Below, piece by piece: positions 30,703-43,850 of a stretch of DNA of 64,000 bases. A program made the translations under genes and the position numbers. How positions within the stretch are numbered: position 1 is the stretch's first letter; every line of letters starts with the position of its first letter. Location of the stretch: the NCBI RefSeq assembly GCF_009914755.1, contig NC_060928.1; one strand, given 5' to 3'. This DNA is from the human T2T-CHM13v2.0 reference genome, Homo sapiens. The notes below the pieces were generated by a model, which saw only the letters and a program-made list of their open reading frames with translations, was not told where the DNA came from and made no database searches.

Positions 30703-32935
30703 TTTTTTTTAATTTTTGTGAGTACAATAGGTGTATATATTTATGGGGTACATGAGATATTTTGATACAGGTATACAATGCATAATAATTACATCAGGGT
30801 AAATGGGGTATCCATCACTTCAGGTATTTATCCTTTTTTCTTTTGGATTACTTTGTTTCGGTGTAAAATTCAAAAACTCCTTTAAAATAAGCCTTGCAAC
30901 ACTATAATTTCTGAGAATGAGCCTTACATTCTTGTCTTTAGTATCACTTCCTTCATGATTTTGCATTTTATATGTTATATTTACATTGGATACTTTCCAC
31001 AAAATTATTTTATGATGAGAAGACTTCTATTTTCCTTGTACAATGGTTGTTAGCAAGATTGAGTTCCTCTTGAGCTGTTGGACTAAGGGCATCAGGTACT
31101 TGTTGGCTGCCCTCAGTTTCTTGTAATATGGGTCTCTCCACAGGGTAACAGGCTAGCTCACATAGCTGGGTCACAGGACTGATTTTTGGTTCTTAAGAAA
31201 GTGTTTTTTGGGTGGATAGTTTTCCAATTTGGTGTTCCTGTAGGAGGAACAATTGCTGGAGGCTTCTATTTGGCCATCATTTATGCCATCTATGCCTCCT
31301 CATTTATCCTTTCTTTGAGGTTACAAACATCCAGTTATACACATAACTAAAAGTTTAGTTAAAATAACTGAATTTTGAAATGTACAATAAATTATCGTTG
31401 ACTTTAATCATCCTGTTGTGCTATTAATACTAGATCTTTTTTATTCTAACTATATTTTTGTACCCATTAACCATCTCCCCTTCCTCCTCCACCTCCGCTA
31501 CCCTTCCAAGCCTCTGGTAACCATCATTCTGCTTTCTAACTCCATGAATTCTATTGTTTTACTTTTTTTTAAAGCTCCCACAAATCAGTGAGAATATACA
31601 AAGTTTGTCTTTCTGTGACTGGTTTATTTCACTTAACATAATGACTTCCAGTTCCATCCATGTTGTTACAAATAACAGGATTTCATTCTTTTTTATAACT
31701 GAATAGTATTCTGTTGTGTATACATGTGCCACATTTTCTTTATCCATTCATTTGTTGATAGAGACTAAGGCTGCTTTCAAATCTTGGCTATTATGAATAG
31801 TGCTGCAATAAACATGGGAGTGAAGATATCTCTTCAATACACTGGTTTCCTTTCTTTTAGGTAAATACTTAGCAGTGGATTGTTGGTTCAAACGGTAGTT
31901 GCATTTTTAGTTTTTTGAGGGAACCTCCAAACTGTTCTCCAAGTGGTTGTACAAATTTACATTGTCACCAACAGTATACAAGGATTCCCTTTTCTCCACA
32001 TCCTTGCCAGCATTTGTTATTTCCTGTCTTTTGGATAAAAGCCATTATAACTAGCGTTAAGATGATATCTTATTGTAGTTTTAACTTGCATTTCTCTAAT
32101 GACCAGTGATTTGAGCACCTTTTCATATACCTTTTTGCCATTTGTATGTTTTCTTTTGAGAAATGTCTGTTCAGGTCTTTTGCCCATTTTTAATCAGATT
32201 ATTATATTTTTTCCTATAGAGTTATTTGAGTTCCTTAGATACTCTGGTTATTAATCCTTTGTCAGATGGACAGTTTGCAAATCTTTTTCCCAATTTGTGG
32301 GTTGTCTCCTTGTTGTTTCCTTTGCTGTGCAGAAGCTTTTTAATTTGATGTGATCCCATTTGTCCATTTTTGCTTTGTTGCCTGTGCTGTCTTGGTATTC
32401 CTCAAGAAATTTTTGCCCAGTCCAATGTTCTAGAGAATTTCCCCCAATGCTTTCTTTTAGTAGTTTCACAGTCCAAGATCTTTAATCTATTTTGATTTGA
32501 TGTTTGTATATGGTGAGAGATAGAGGTCTAGTTTCATTCTTATGCATATGGGTATCCAGTTTTCCCAGAACCACATATTGAAGAGATTGTCCTTTCCCCA
32601 ATGTATATTCTTGACATCTTTGTTGAAAATGAGTTCTCTGTAGATGTATGAATTTATTTCTGGGTTCTGTATTCTGTTCCACTGGTTTATGTGTGTGTGT
32701 TTATGCCAGTACATACTGTTTTGCTTACTGTAACTCTGTAGTATAATTTGAAGTCAGGTAACGTGATTCCTCTGGTTTTGTTATTTTTGGTATATTAACA
32801 TCAGGTACTGTGATCACTCACCTGATTTTTGGTTCTGAAGAAGGTGCTCTTTTGTGCGGATAGTTGCTCAATTTGGTGTCCCTGCAGTGGGCAGAGTATG
32901 ATCACTGGAGGCTTCTATTCAGCTGTCTTGCTCCA
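30703..32935 (-). mobile_element. L1MA element: 3'UTR and ORF2 C-terminus (30703-32790) fused to ~145 bp of L1 5' leader (32790-32935); interrupted at 30837-31301
   Basis: ORF2-like peptides (WYWHK-type region, KMDKWDHIKLKSFCTAKET), L1MA 3'UTR, and minus-strand 5' start GGAGCAAGACAGCTGAATAGAAGCCTCC. Confidence 0.9.
30837..31301 (-). mobile_element. Putative retrocopy of a spliced chimeric RNA: L1 5' leader (31300-31179) + MLT1-derived exon (31178-31043) + unique segment (31042-30845)
   Basis: Flanked by direct repeat ATTTATCCTTT (30826-30836 / 31302-31312) and interrupts otherwise contiguous L1MA 3'UTR. The leader ends at AAAAATCAG, exactly where the second leader copy (32823-32816) continues GTGAG. 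Confidence 0.72.
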
Positions 32936-33049
32936 CTGGGCTTTAATGGACCACTAATAAGGCCACGAGACAAACCTGGGGTTCTGACCAGAATACAGGT
33001 TTGGGACAGAGATCTTGGCATAAAGTCAGTACACTTAAAGGACGGTATC

Positions 33050-34100
33050 TATATTAGGTAAAATAAGAAAAAATAATGGTCCTCACAGAGAAAGATAGCT
33101 GCCACATTCTGAGAAGATTAAAAAAAAGAAAATTTCTCCTAATAATTTGTAATCACAAGCCTGCCCTCATATGGGTTTGTTGCCTAAATTCATAATATTT
33201 GCCCCTCTCCCAAAAAACACAATAAAAAATTTAAAGTAATTCCAGATTGTAGTGTTCTCTGAAAAAAGGTACATTAAACTCAAATAACAAATAATTCTCC
33301 CAAAGTTCCAGGGAAAATCAACTCATAAGAAAAAATTACTAAATAAAAATTAAAACAAGACACCATGAGTGAAAGTCAACGGAAACAACAAACTCCTATG
33401 TTAAAGTCTTTAAAACTATAAATGTTAGAATTGTTAACAAAGGAAAATATGAAATAAGTTTGTTTAGTATATTTAAAGATATAAAATAAATTCATTGAAA
33501 GTATGATGAAAGAGCAAATTATCAAAACTGATTAATAATTGTCAAAATTGTAATAATTGTAAAAATTGTCAAAAGAAGTGTCAAAAATGAAAAATATAAT
33601 AATTGACATTAGCAAATCAATGTTTTGGTTAAATTGCAGATTGGAAATGACTGAAAGAGAATTAGTAAATTGGAAGAAAGTAGAGCTAAAGAAATTATAA
33701 CAAACGTAATCTAGAGACTCAAGGATCTAGGAGATATGGAAGAACAAGATCAGAAACGTATGGAATAGATAGAGAAAATCATACCTGCATCTAATTGAAG
33801 TTCAACAAAGAGAAAGAGACTAGAGAGAAAATTTAAAGAGATAATGGCTGAAAATTTTCCAGAAATGATGACAGAAATCAATCCTCAGAGTCAGAAAGCT
33901 AACTAATCTAACAAAGAATAAATAAAAAGAAATATGCACATTATACTATAGAGGAATTTCAAAGTATCAAAAATAAGATCTTAAGAGTAGCCAGAGATAA
34001 GATACAGATCATCTTAAAATACAGATCATCTTAAAATACAGATTAACTAAGTTCTCAACTGCAAGAATAGAAATCCAATAACAGTGAAATAACATCTAGA
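33050..34100 (+). mobile_element. Very old L1M ORF1-region remnant
   Basis: gaaagagaattagtaaattggaaga, aaagagataatggctgaaaattttccagaaatgatg, aagatcttaagagtagccagaga. Confidence 0.7.
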
Positions 34101-34594
34101 TGTTGTCAACCAGGTTGACAAGTACTCTATCCTTAAGCAGCACTTGGAAATGTGGAGTGTCTTCCTTGTCACAATGACTGGCGTGTGACTAGAAAGTTAC
34201 TGTTCTTTGTGCCTCAATTTTCTTATCATTATGGGAGTAGTAGTATTTATCTCATAAGATTGTTGTGCAGATTACATGAGTTAAATATATAGAAAGCATT
34301 CATAATAGCACTTGACACATTGAAAGTGCTTGTAATGAAAAAAGGAGTTAAGACAACCAAGAATTGTCTCACCCAAATTTCTAAGAAAATCCCTCATTGG
34401 AAAAAACTGGAAACCTATCCAACTTCTTATACAACTCCAACTATTTTTCTCCATCTCACCTCATCACACCCTATCCTCCAGTCACTCTCACTTTTTCATC
34501 CAATAAATTTAGTTAGACAATGCCTAGTAGGTGCCAGGAACTATTCTTTGCATTGTTTTGTGATTACATAGGTTTAAATTTCACAAGGGCATAT

Positions 34595-34970
34595 GTAGCA
34601 GAGACTGGCTAGATATTCACTAATTTCATTTTCTCTTCCTGGTCACATGAGATGATTACATTCCTCAGCCTCCCTTGCACTTGTGGTAGAGCTACACAAC
34701 TGGGTTCTTGTTAGTGGAATGGTAGAAATCATGCACTCCACATCCAGGCCTGGCCACAAAACATCACATGCTATCGTTTCCTCAAGTGCTCTTTTTACTT
34801 ATGAGCCTGCTAAGTGCGAAGTATCCAAGGGTGGACTTCTAGGAGACCAGAAGCTCTGAATCAGCATATCCAAAACACCTAATAAGACTTTGACATAAGC
34901 AAGAAATAAACCACTATTATGTTGAGCTGCTGAAAATTTTAATATGCTGACGAATGCAGCATAATTATTT
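34595..34970 (+). mobile_element. MLT1-type LTR remnant
   Basis: tacattcctcagcctcccttgca...; aagcaagaaataaacc..tattatgttgagctgctgaaa. Confidence 0.65.
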
Positions 34971-35277
34971 CCTTTAAATCTTGTAAACCTAGAACACAGC
35001 ACAGTGCCTAGTATATAGTAGATCTCTGTAAATATTTGTTAAGACAATAAAAGAAAGGAAAGAAAGAAAAATGAAAGAAAGGAAGAGAGGGAGGAAGGAA
35101 GAGAGAATCCACTAATAAATTTAACCATTCCTTATTTTATGTGAAGTGATCACTTTAACCTATCTACATCTCTAATTTTACCAGTCATGCCCTCCGTTTT
35201 GATAAGGAAGACTCCCTCCTCTGCCTCCTATTTATCTTCCTTAACTTATACACTGTAAGAAAATACAAGACCACTTT

Positions 35278-35720
35278 TCTCTCCCGCCATCTTGGATCCT
35301 ATGGAGGCCTGCTGGGAATAGGACTTCTAAAAGGAAATATATCTGGAAGGCTGTTGTCCAAGCCATTTTGCGGTCTATAAGCGGGGTCTCTGGAACCAAA
35401 GGGAGCACACAGCTCTTCTTAAAATTGAAGGTGTTTATTCCCGAGATGAAGCAGAATTCTATTTGAGCAAGAGATGTGTTTATGTATACAAAGCAAAGAA
35501 CAACACAGTGACTCCTGATGGCAAACCGAACAAAACCAGAGTAATCTGGGGAAAGGTAACTCTGGCCCACGGAAACAGTGGCATGGTTCATGCCAAATTC
35601 CAAAGCAACCTTACCGCTAAAGCTATTGGACACAGAGTCCGAGTGATGCTGCACCCCTCAAGGATTTAAACTAATGAAAACTCAATAAATGAAAGTGGAT
35701 TTGTGCAAAAGGAAGGAAGG
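35278..35720 (+). pseudogene. RPL35A: RPL35A (eL33) processed pseudogene
   Basis: Intronless copy with 5'UTR (cgccatcttgg). Start ATG->ATA at 35339, early indels, then [31 protein letters not shown]...HPSRI* (stop 35667-35669). AATAAA at 35684, decayed tail, TSD GACCACTTT (35269-35277 / 35724-35732). Confidence 0.96.
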
Positions 35721-37415
35721 AAGGACCACTTTAGTGATAATGTTGGCTTTTTAGGTACTGTTCTTAATGGATTAAAGTAAGAGCATCTATTCAAAATTGT
35801 TCCTCAGACATTTCTTTTTCCAGAAGAAAAGCAATCCTGAGCATTTCACCATTGGAGCTGGAGTGGAAGTGATGCAGTCGGATAGGCTGGAGGCTCTGAA
35901 TGAGGCAGGAGATAGTACACTAGTACTGAGACCCTGCAGATAAGATGAGCCCAGTAGTGGAATGGAAAGGACAAGCAGAGCTTTCAGAGGGTCACCTTCC
36001 CTTCCTTCCTTGCCCTCAGCCATCTCTTCCCACACACTCTCCACTGAAGTAGTACTAGGGAAATGGGTGTGAGGAATCTGAGCTAGCATAAGGGTAGGAA
36101 CGGGGATAGAGGAAGAAAAGGAAGTGAGGTCTCAAGATCAGCAACTGGAAGGAAATAAGAATCTCTGTGCTCAGCACTGGCAATTTTTCCTGTGTAAGGG
36201 CTATTCGTAAATTGAGCTTAAAGACTTTTTAGGCTGTCTAATATACGTCGGAATGCTAACTTAATTCCAATACATACCATTAGGTGATCTCTAGTTAACT
36301 TTTACGGTTAAAATTGTTCCTAAGGTTTTACAAAAGGGAAAGTAAACCAAACACTTCACTTAATATTAAACCTGTCCACATTTGAAAACCACACATGTAT
36401 TGTTTCATTTGTTGTTATTTTTCTTGTATTTCTCCAAGATTCCTTTGGAAATAATCACTGTTGTAAACTCACTGATGTATCCAAGGAGACAGTTAGAAGC
36501 CTAGTTTCAAACATATGGCAAAGTAAATACATAAAAATATTTGGAAATGAATTTTTCCAATCATAAACATTCTTATTAATGCTTGGGAAAGCACAAAAGA
36601 CACTTTTATAGCTCTCTGGTGGTGATTTGATTTAAGACAAGAAAATTCTGGTAATCATTTTTCTCCTCCGTACTTTATAACTTTTGTTCTTTCTTATAAA
36701 GGAAAACATTTTTGTGGGACTATAGCTTAAGCTGAAGAAATGCCTATTTTTATATATCATATCACTCAAACCAATTTATATTCTGACTTTTTAAGGTGTC
36801 CCAGCATCAGAGTAATGTATAATTTTCTTTGGAACTCTTGACAAAACATTCTAATTCACAAGTCTTTAAACACTTCAAAAAGATTATATTTTCATAAATT
36901 TCATATTGTCTCTTTCCTGAAACAGCAACTTCAGTTAGGAAAATTTGCACACAGCTTTGGGAATTACCAGTTTGTAAGAAGCCCATGTGTTCACTACCAC
37001 ATTTCAAAATATATAGAGATGGTTTCCCTGGAATCCTCCCAGGAACTCCAGTTTTGGAACCATGAATATAGAGGACATACTTCAAGAGTGACCAGTGAGG
37101 AATAGGACTTCCTTGATGCAAGATAATACAAGAAGTTGGGAAGGAACTGGATTAGAATAGTGACTTTCAATCTCTAGCCCACCTGACTATAAGGGGTTTT
37201 AAAACTAAGTAAAAAGCCTATAATGCACATTAAATGCTACCTTTATTCAGAATAAATAAAATTATTTGCAAATATAGATATTAATAATGCTATGATTTCT
37301 GGAGATATTCTTAAAAGTAGTAAAATATCAAAGTGTTGCTGAACTCATGGTAGCTCTTGCTACTATCTGTTCCCCATCAGTTACTTTCAAGTAGAATATT
37401 GGTTTGATATCAAGT

Positions 37416-37772
37416 AGCTATGGTTTGAATGTATATGTCCCTTTAAAATCCACATTGAAACAATCCCTATTTGTGTGGTATTAAGAGATGAAGCCTTTTG
37501 GAAAGTGATTAAATCACAATGAATGAAATTATTGCCCTTATAAAGAGGCTTCAGAGAGCCACCTGACCCTTCCATCTCTTTCACCATGTAAGAACACAGT
37601 GAGAGGTACCATGCTGTAAGCAGACAGCGAGCCCTTACCAGACACCAAATCTGCTGGCACGTTGATCTTGGACTTCCCAGGTTCCAAGCTTTATTATTAT
37701 AAATAATTTCTATTATTTATAAATTACCCAGTCTAAGGCATTTTATTATAGCAGCAGGAACAGACTAAGACA
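37416..37772 (+). mobile_element. MST/MLT1A-type MaLR solo LTR
   Basis: gctatggtttgaatgt...gccottaccagacaccaaatctgctggcac-type core...ataaattacccagtct...cagactaagaca. Confidence 0.85.
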
Positions 37773-39093
37773 AATGTGTATCAGCCCCATTACTAAAACA
37801 CAACCGGAGGAGGAGTTGGTCTGGCTGAGAACAGAGGTGTCCTGGGAGGTAAATAAATCTCTATTTCAATGGAAACAAATGGTCTTCACTAGATGTTTCC
37901 CATTTATCAATGACAGTTGTCATCCTTTCCTTCTACTGCCAATATATCTTGTTAATAGCTGCAGAGGTATGTACTGTGCTTAGTTACAGGTTCTTGTTTT
38001 TATTGACTGGAGGCCCTGCTACTCTCAGATAGACTTCTCTGATGACAATTGTCTGCACGGTTCAAATAATAAATAACCTTGCTTCAAACCCTGTCCTTGG
38101 CTCCACCAACCTACTAGAATATCCAGATGCCTCAGTTTGTACTAATGCATTTGTTGGTGTTTGCTTGAATTGTGTTTGAAGACTATTGAAACCCTTAGTT
38201 ACCAGGCTTTCCTGCAAGACTTAATCTGTCTCATCACCTGCTACAGATGGAACTTGGGCCTATCCTACTCCAGTGGGAGGGTTTATTGCCATCCCTAGAT
38301 TTACAGTTCCAGTAGTCAAGTGCCATACGGTGTCATAAACTGTAAGAATGGGCACCAAATGGAAATGTTCTCTAAAAGGTAATACAGTTCTTCGTTTAGA
38401 AAAAGAATGTTCCTTCCTTTCTGGAGAGTTCTAAACTGCTTTTTCTTCAATGTGCCCTCTACCTTAATTGAACTAAGCTTTCATCTTGCATATTTTGAGC
38501 CATGATAGGTTTTATTTCCATATAGGATGTTAATGAACCAGATTGTGTTAAATTTTCAAGTCTTTATCAGTAGTCTCCACACTAGGGCGCGTGAAGACTT
38601 CTCATGGGGGATGTGAACATGGAAAGTTTTAAGGGAATCAAGTTTCTTTTCTCAACTTTTAAATGTTCACTTCCTTGAAACTGATCTGCCTGAGAATATG
38701 ACTGTGTTCAAGGAGTCATGCCAATTTTCCTCTCCCACCCTCCCTTTCACTATATAAAAGTGAGGTGAACTGCCCAGCCATACTGAATTTAATATGTACA
38801 TTATGCCAGGGTGTAAAAATCTCTGGGAGTGCCAAAATAGAAGAAGTTCAAAATTATTGCTGTCCGTGAAGCCTCATTTAAGTAAGTTACCATAAATCAA
38901 CAGTAGAACTTTATATATTTCCCTCTATTACACATGTTTCTTTGCATAGTGTTAGAAATGGGGTGTTTTGGCCCGTGTTGGAATGGAGCAGCAAGAGGGA
39001 TGACTGTTTTTGTTTAATGATAATTTCTTTTCTCTCCCCTAATTATGGTCAAGAAAAATATGTTTCATGTGAGAGAGAAAGCAATAAAAACAT

Positions 39094-39387
<294 letters not shown>

Positions 39388-39741
39388 TCAAAACAAAGCA
39401 AACGGAATGTCAGAAATGTATACAAAATGAAATGTCACCACAGCACCTTATTTTATCCAGTCAGCAAATTCAGTTTTTTGAACTCCTCTTCTCCAGTGAT
39501 CTTTTTCTTCATCCTACCTCAGCCATCAACTTTCAGGATTATCGATTATATTTTATTAAGCCTTGTCATGTACAATAACTGCAACACCTCCAGAGTCTCT
39601 CACCACCACAGGTACTCACCCACAAAGAAATGTAACCATATCTTCCATTCCCTCCTGTTAGTAAAGATAACTATTATACTCTGATCAAAATCCAATTTCT
39701 CCATCTTGGTACCAGTCCCAACCTTTCTCTACTCAGGAACT

Positions 39742-39815
39742 GGGAAGAGTGAGCTATGATCACATCACTGCACTCCAGCCTGGGTGACAGAAGAAGACCC
39801 CATCTCTTTAAAAAC
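39742..39815 (+). mobile_element. Alu 3' fragment
   Basis: gtgagctatgatcacatcactgcactccagcctgggtgacaga. Confidence 0.8.
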
Positions 39816-40024
39816 TTTTAAAGGACTGAGAATAGCATTCCCACTCTTTTCTGCATCATCAGTGTTCACCCTCTACCAATTATTTCCTATGAGTATCAAA
39901 ACATGCTGTCATTTTTCCTTAGGAATATCCTTTTAACCTCACTTCTTCAGAAAACTACAATCACTTTTTGTTCTCATTTCTAACAAGATTCCTCAAAAGA
40001 ATCATCTATACTTGCTTTCCCTAA

Positions 40025-40331
<307 letters not shown>

Positions 40332-40745
40332 CTCTTCTCCCATTCTCTTTAACTCATTATGTGCTACAAAATTAGGTTTTCACTCATCACATCACAGTTA
40401 CTAAACCCAATGATCAATTTTGTCTTAGGGGATTTAATTTGGTCAATTAATCTTTCCTCCTTAATATAGAGATTTTCCATTTGACTAAACTCTTTGTTTT
40501 CTTTCTCCCTCACTGGTCTCTCTTTTTCAGGTCCTTATTTTTTTCTTCCTTTTCAATCCAACCTGAATATGATGACCTGTCACATGGCTCAGTCCTTCAT
40601 ATCTTCTCTACAGCCAATCCATTTGTGATCGTGTCCAATCTCATCACCTTAAATAACATAGTCCATATGCGAATGACTCTCAAATGTATATTTCTAGCCC
40701 AGTCCACTCTCCTGAACTTCAGGCTTATTATGTATTTTATTTTAT

Positions 40746-40777
40746 ACACACACACACACACACATACACACACACAT
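40746..40777. repeat. (CA)n microsatellite
   Basis: About 15 units with one TA interruption. Confidence 0.9.
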
Positions 40778-42016
40778 TTATAAAAGCCCTTAGTCATCCT
40801 TCATCCTTTCTCTCATGTTGCACATCAAATGCATCTAGAAATCATGTGACCCACCTTCAAAAAAATTGATAATCAGACCACTGCTCATCAGTCTCTTCTG
40901 AGATATTGTCATTTCTCACTTGAATTATTCAATAAGCTCTTTAGAGGTCTCCCTAGTTCCACACTTGCATCCATACTGTATTCTCAAAGCAACCAGAATG
41001 ATCCTTTCAAAATGTAGTTCAGATCATGTTATTTATCTGTTTAAAACCCTAGAGGGCCCCCTCCTCCATTCCGCTCAGAGTTAAAACCAAAGTCTTCACA
41101 GTGGCGCTCAGGGCCCTTCATTATCTGGACTCCTAATACCTCTCTGACCTCCTCTTCTGCTCTCCCATCCCTTACCACACTGCAGACACATTGGCACCCT
41201 TGAACATGCGAGGTGAGCTTCCACATTAGGACCTTTGCATTGGCAGTTCCCTTTATCTGGAATAGTCTTCTCCCACTTGCCTCATCCCCTCCCCTCTTTT
41301 AAGGCATTGCTCAGGTCTTATTAATACATTAATACTACAAACCACCTAAACCTCTCCCACTGCCTTTGCATTCCTGACTTCCTTTTTCCTATTCTACTTT
41401 TTCCTTTTGCCATAGCACATATCACCTTCTAATACACTATTTAATTTAATTATTATGCTTATTATCTGTTTCCTCTCACTAGACTGTAAGCTTTTTGAAG
41501 GCTGGATCTTGGTTTTATTTTGTTTACTGATGTATTCCAAGAATGTAGAATAGCACCTGTCTATAGAGGATGCATAGGAAATATTTGTTAAATAAGTGAA
41601 TGAAAAATCCTTTAGAGAATAGGCAAGCAAATAATTTTGAAAACCGCTACTAGGAATGATTTCCAATTTCATAAGGGAACTATAAGTTCAAGTGAGACAT
41701 GTCTAAATGAAAATCTTCTAACAGCAAATTTTGGGTTTGATTTTTTTTAATTTAACAATATTCAAATTGGAAACTATTTTAAGTCATTTTTTTGAAATGT
41801 ATTTCTGAATAAACACTCAAAGATGCAGACTATTCTTTTATTCAGAGCAATGAGGAACTATCATCAATTCATGACCAACTTAAAATAGAACATTTTCTGT
41901 GTGTCAGCTTTTGGAAGAGAATGGAGAACTACATTGGGGAGTTTTATACTATGAGGTTATATAAATATATGTACGTATATATATATTTGCATTTTTAATC
42001 AAGAATTGATTTATTA

Positions 42017-42325
42017 GGCTGAGCATGGTGGCTCATGCCTGTAATCCCAGCACTTTGGGAGGGCGAGGTGAGCGGATCACTTGAGTCCAGGAGTTTGAGA
42101 CCAGCCTGGGCAACATGGTATAACCTGGTTTCTGTAAAAAATACAAAAATTAGCCAGGTGTGGTGGCAGGCACCTGTAGTCCCAGCTACTCAGGGGACTG
42201 AGGTGGGAGGATCACTTGAGCCTGTGAGGTCGAGGCTGTGGTGAGCCAAGATTGTGCCACTGTACTCCAGCCTGGGTGACAGAGTGAGAGAACCTGTCTC
42301 AAAAAAAAAAAAGAAAAAAAAAAAG
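42017..42325 (+). mobile_element. AluJb-like
   Basis: gggaggatcacttgagcc, gaggtcgaggctg; TSD aagaatt..tttatt. Confidence 0.92.
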
Positions 42326-43479
42326 AATTTACTTTATTGCCTTAGCTTTTTAAATGCCAATCCTTATTAAGTATTTTTCATTAACTATAAATTTTGTCAG
42401 TCAAGAGCCAATGCGCTACCTCTTTTTAAGAAGGAAAGCTTCCCTCCAAATAGCTAAATTTAATCATTAGAAAATCAACTGGAGAACACCTTAGGAACAA
42501 TAAAATAAGACACAGCGTGGCTCTGAGAAGAATAGCATCCTGTGAGACAAACCTAACTTTTTTGGAGACCAGAATGACAGAACTGGTTAGAATAGATATA
42601 GTTTATCTTACCTTGAATTAGGATCACTACAGGAATGAAAATCATGACCCCAGAAAAAATACAGTTTAGTATGTTTGTGGTAGCCCCTTCTTTCAGTCAG
42701 TTTCTGGTCAAGACTATAAACAAATTTTCTGCACATATCGCTTTTTGTGGTGATAGGAAAATTTTTTGGTGGTGATAGCTCATGGCCATGGTTTGGAGGC
42801 ATGCAAAAGAAGGAGTGAGATACACCTACCAAACTATGTTGTGGAGCAAGCTAGCACACACTAAAGCCAAGTGACACAAGCTCACAGTGAGCCATTTCTG
42901 ATCTGTCTACAATGGCAAAGCAAATGATGCTACAGGAACAAACTCAGTGCAGCTACAATGCAAATCAACACTGTCCACAGACTGTATGTGTGTTGTCCCT
43001 AAAGATTGGCCTAAGCTAATGTTATTGCTCAGCGGAAATATTTTCCTAGGAAAAAGAAGCAGTCATCAAAGGTAACATTGACGTGGAAGCCAAATATTTT
43101 CTAGGATCTATGTTTAATAAGCTGTTTTTTTCATATTGTATTTGATAATCACATGAATGTAATGTGGAGCATATAAATTAAAATCATAGGTAATTTCAAA
43201 TAGAAGAATAAGATATTTGCACTCTGCAATGGATATTTGGCTTAGTCAGAAAAAATAGAATTCAGTTTAATTCAATTTAGCGATAAGATTTATGATCCTA
43301 AAGTGACACAAATACAGAAGAAGAAGAAAATGCACATATTTAAGTTGAAGAATGTGTGACTTAGCTATAAAGAAAACAGCATGAAGGATACAGATAATGA
43401 TATGTTAGAAAATACACCATATTATTTAAAGGTGGATATAATATATGTAGCAGAGAAAAGAAATTATTCTCAACTCTGG

Positions 43480-43850
43480 TACAAATATCGAAGTGTCTTG
43501 TACGCCATTTATGAGAAACATGAAAAACATATAATTTTCAGGTGTGAATTAAAATGATTAAGAGTTTGAAAATAGGTGATAGGGAGACAGGCTAAATGAA
43601 TGGGATCATTATCCAGTAAAAGAGAACACTGTGGGATGACCTCAGCCATCTAATTTATAAGAGATATGCAGATGGTTCCCAGCTGTTCTCCACCTCTCCT
43701 TTGAGGACTAAACCAAAGGAAACGGATCTAAACTTTGGCTTCTGGGATTTAAGTTAAATATGAAGAATAGTTTCCTGACAGCAAGGGTTGTAATATACTG
43801 AACAAATTCTTGAGAGGCAATGTAGAATCTCCTTCGCCGTTTATCTCTTA
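43480..43850 (+). mobile_element. CR1/L3 LINE 3' remnant
   Basis: gatttaagttaaatatgaagaatagtttcctgacag...tactgaaca...tgtagaatctccttc. Confidence 0.6.

Noticed and set aside
34002-34043. 17-bp tandem duplication atacagatcatcttaaa (~2.4 copies)
   Set aside because: An ordinary slippage duplication in an L1 relic.
35241-35654. 137-aa minus-strand ORF
   Set aside because: It is the antisense shadow of the RPL35A pseudogene.
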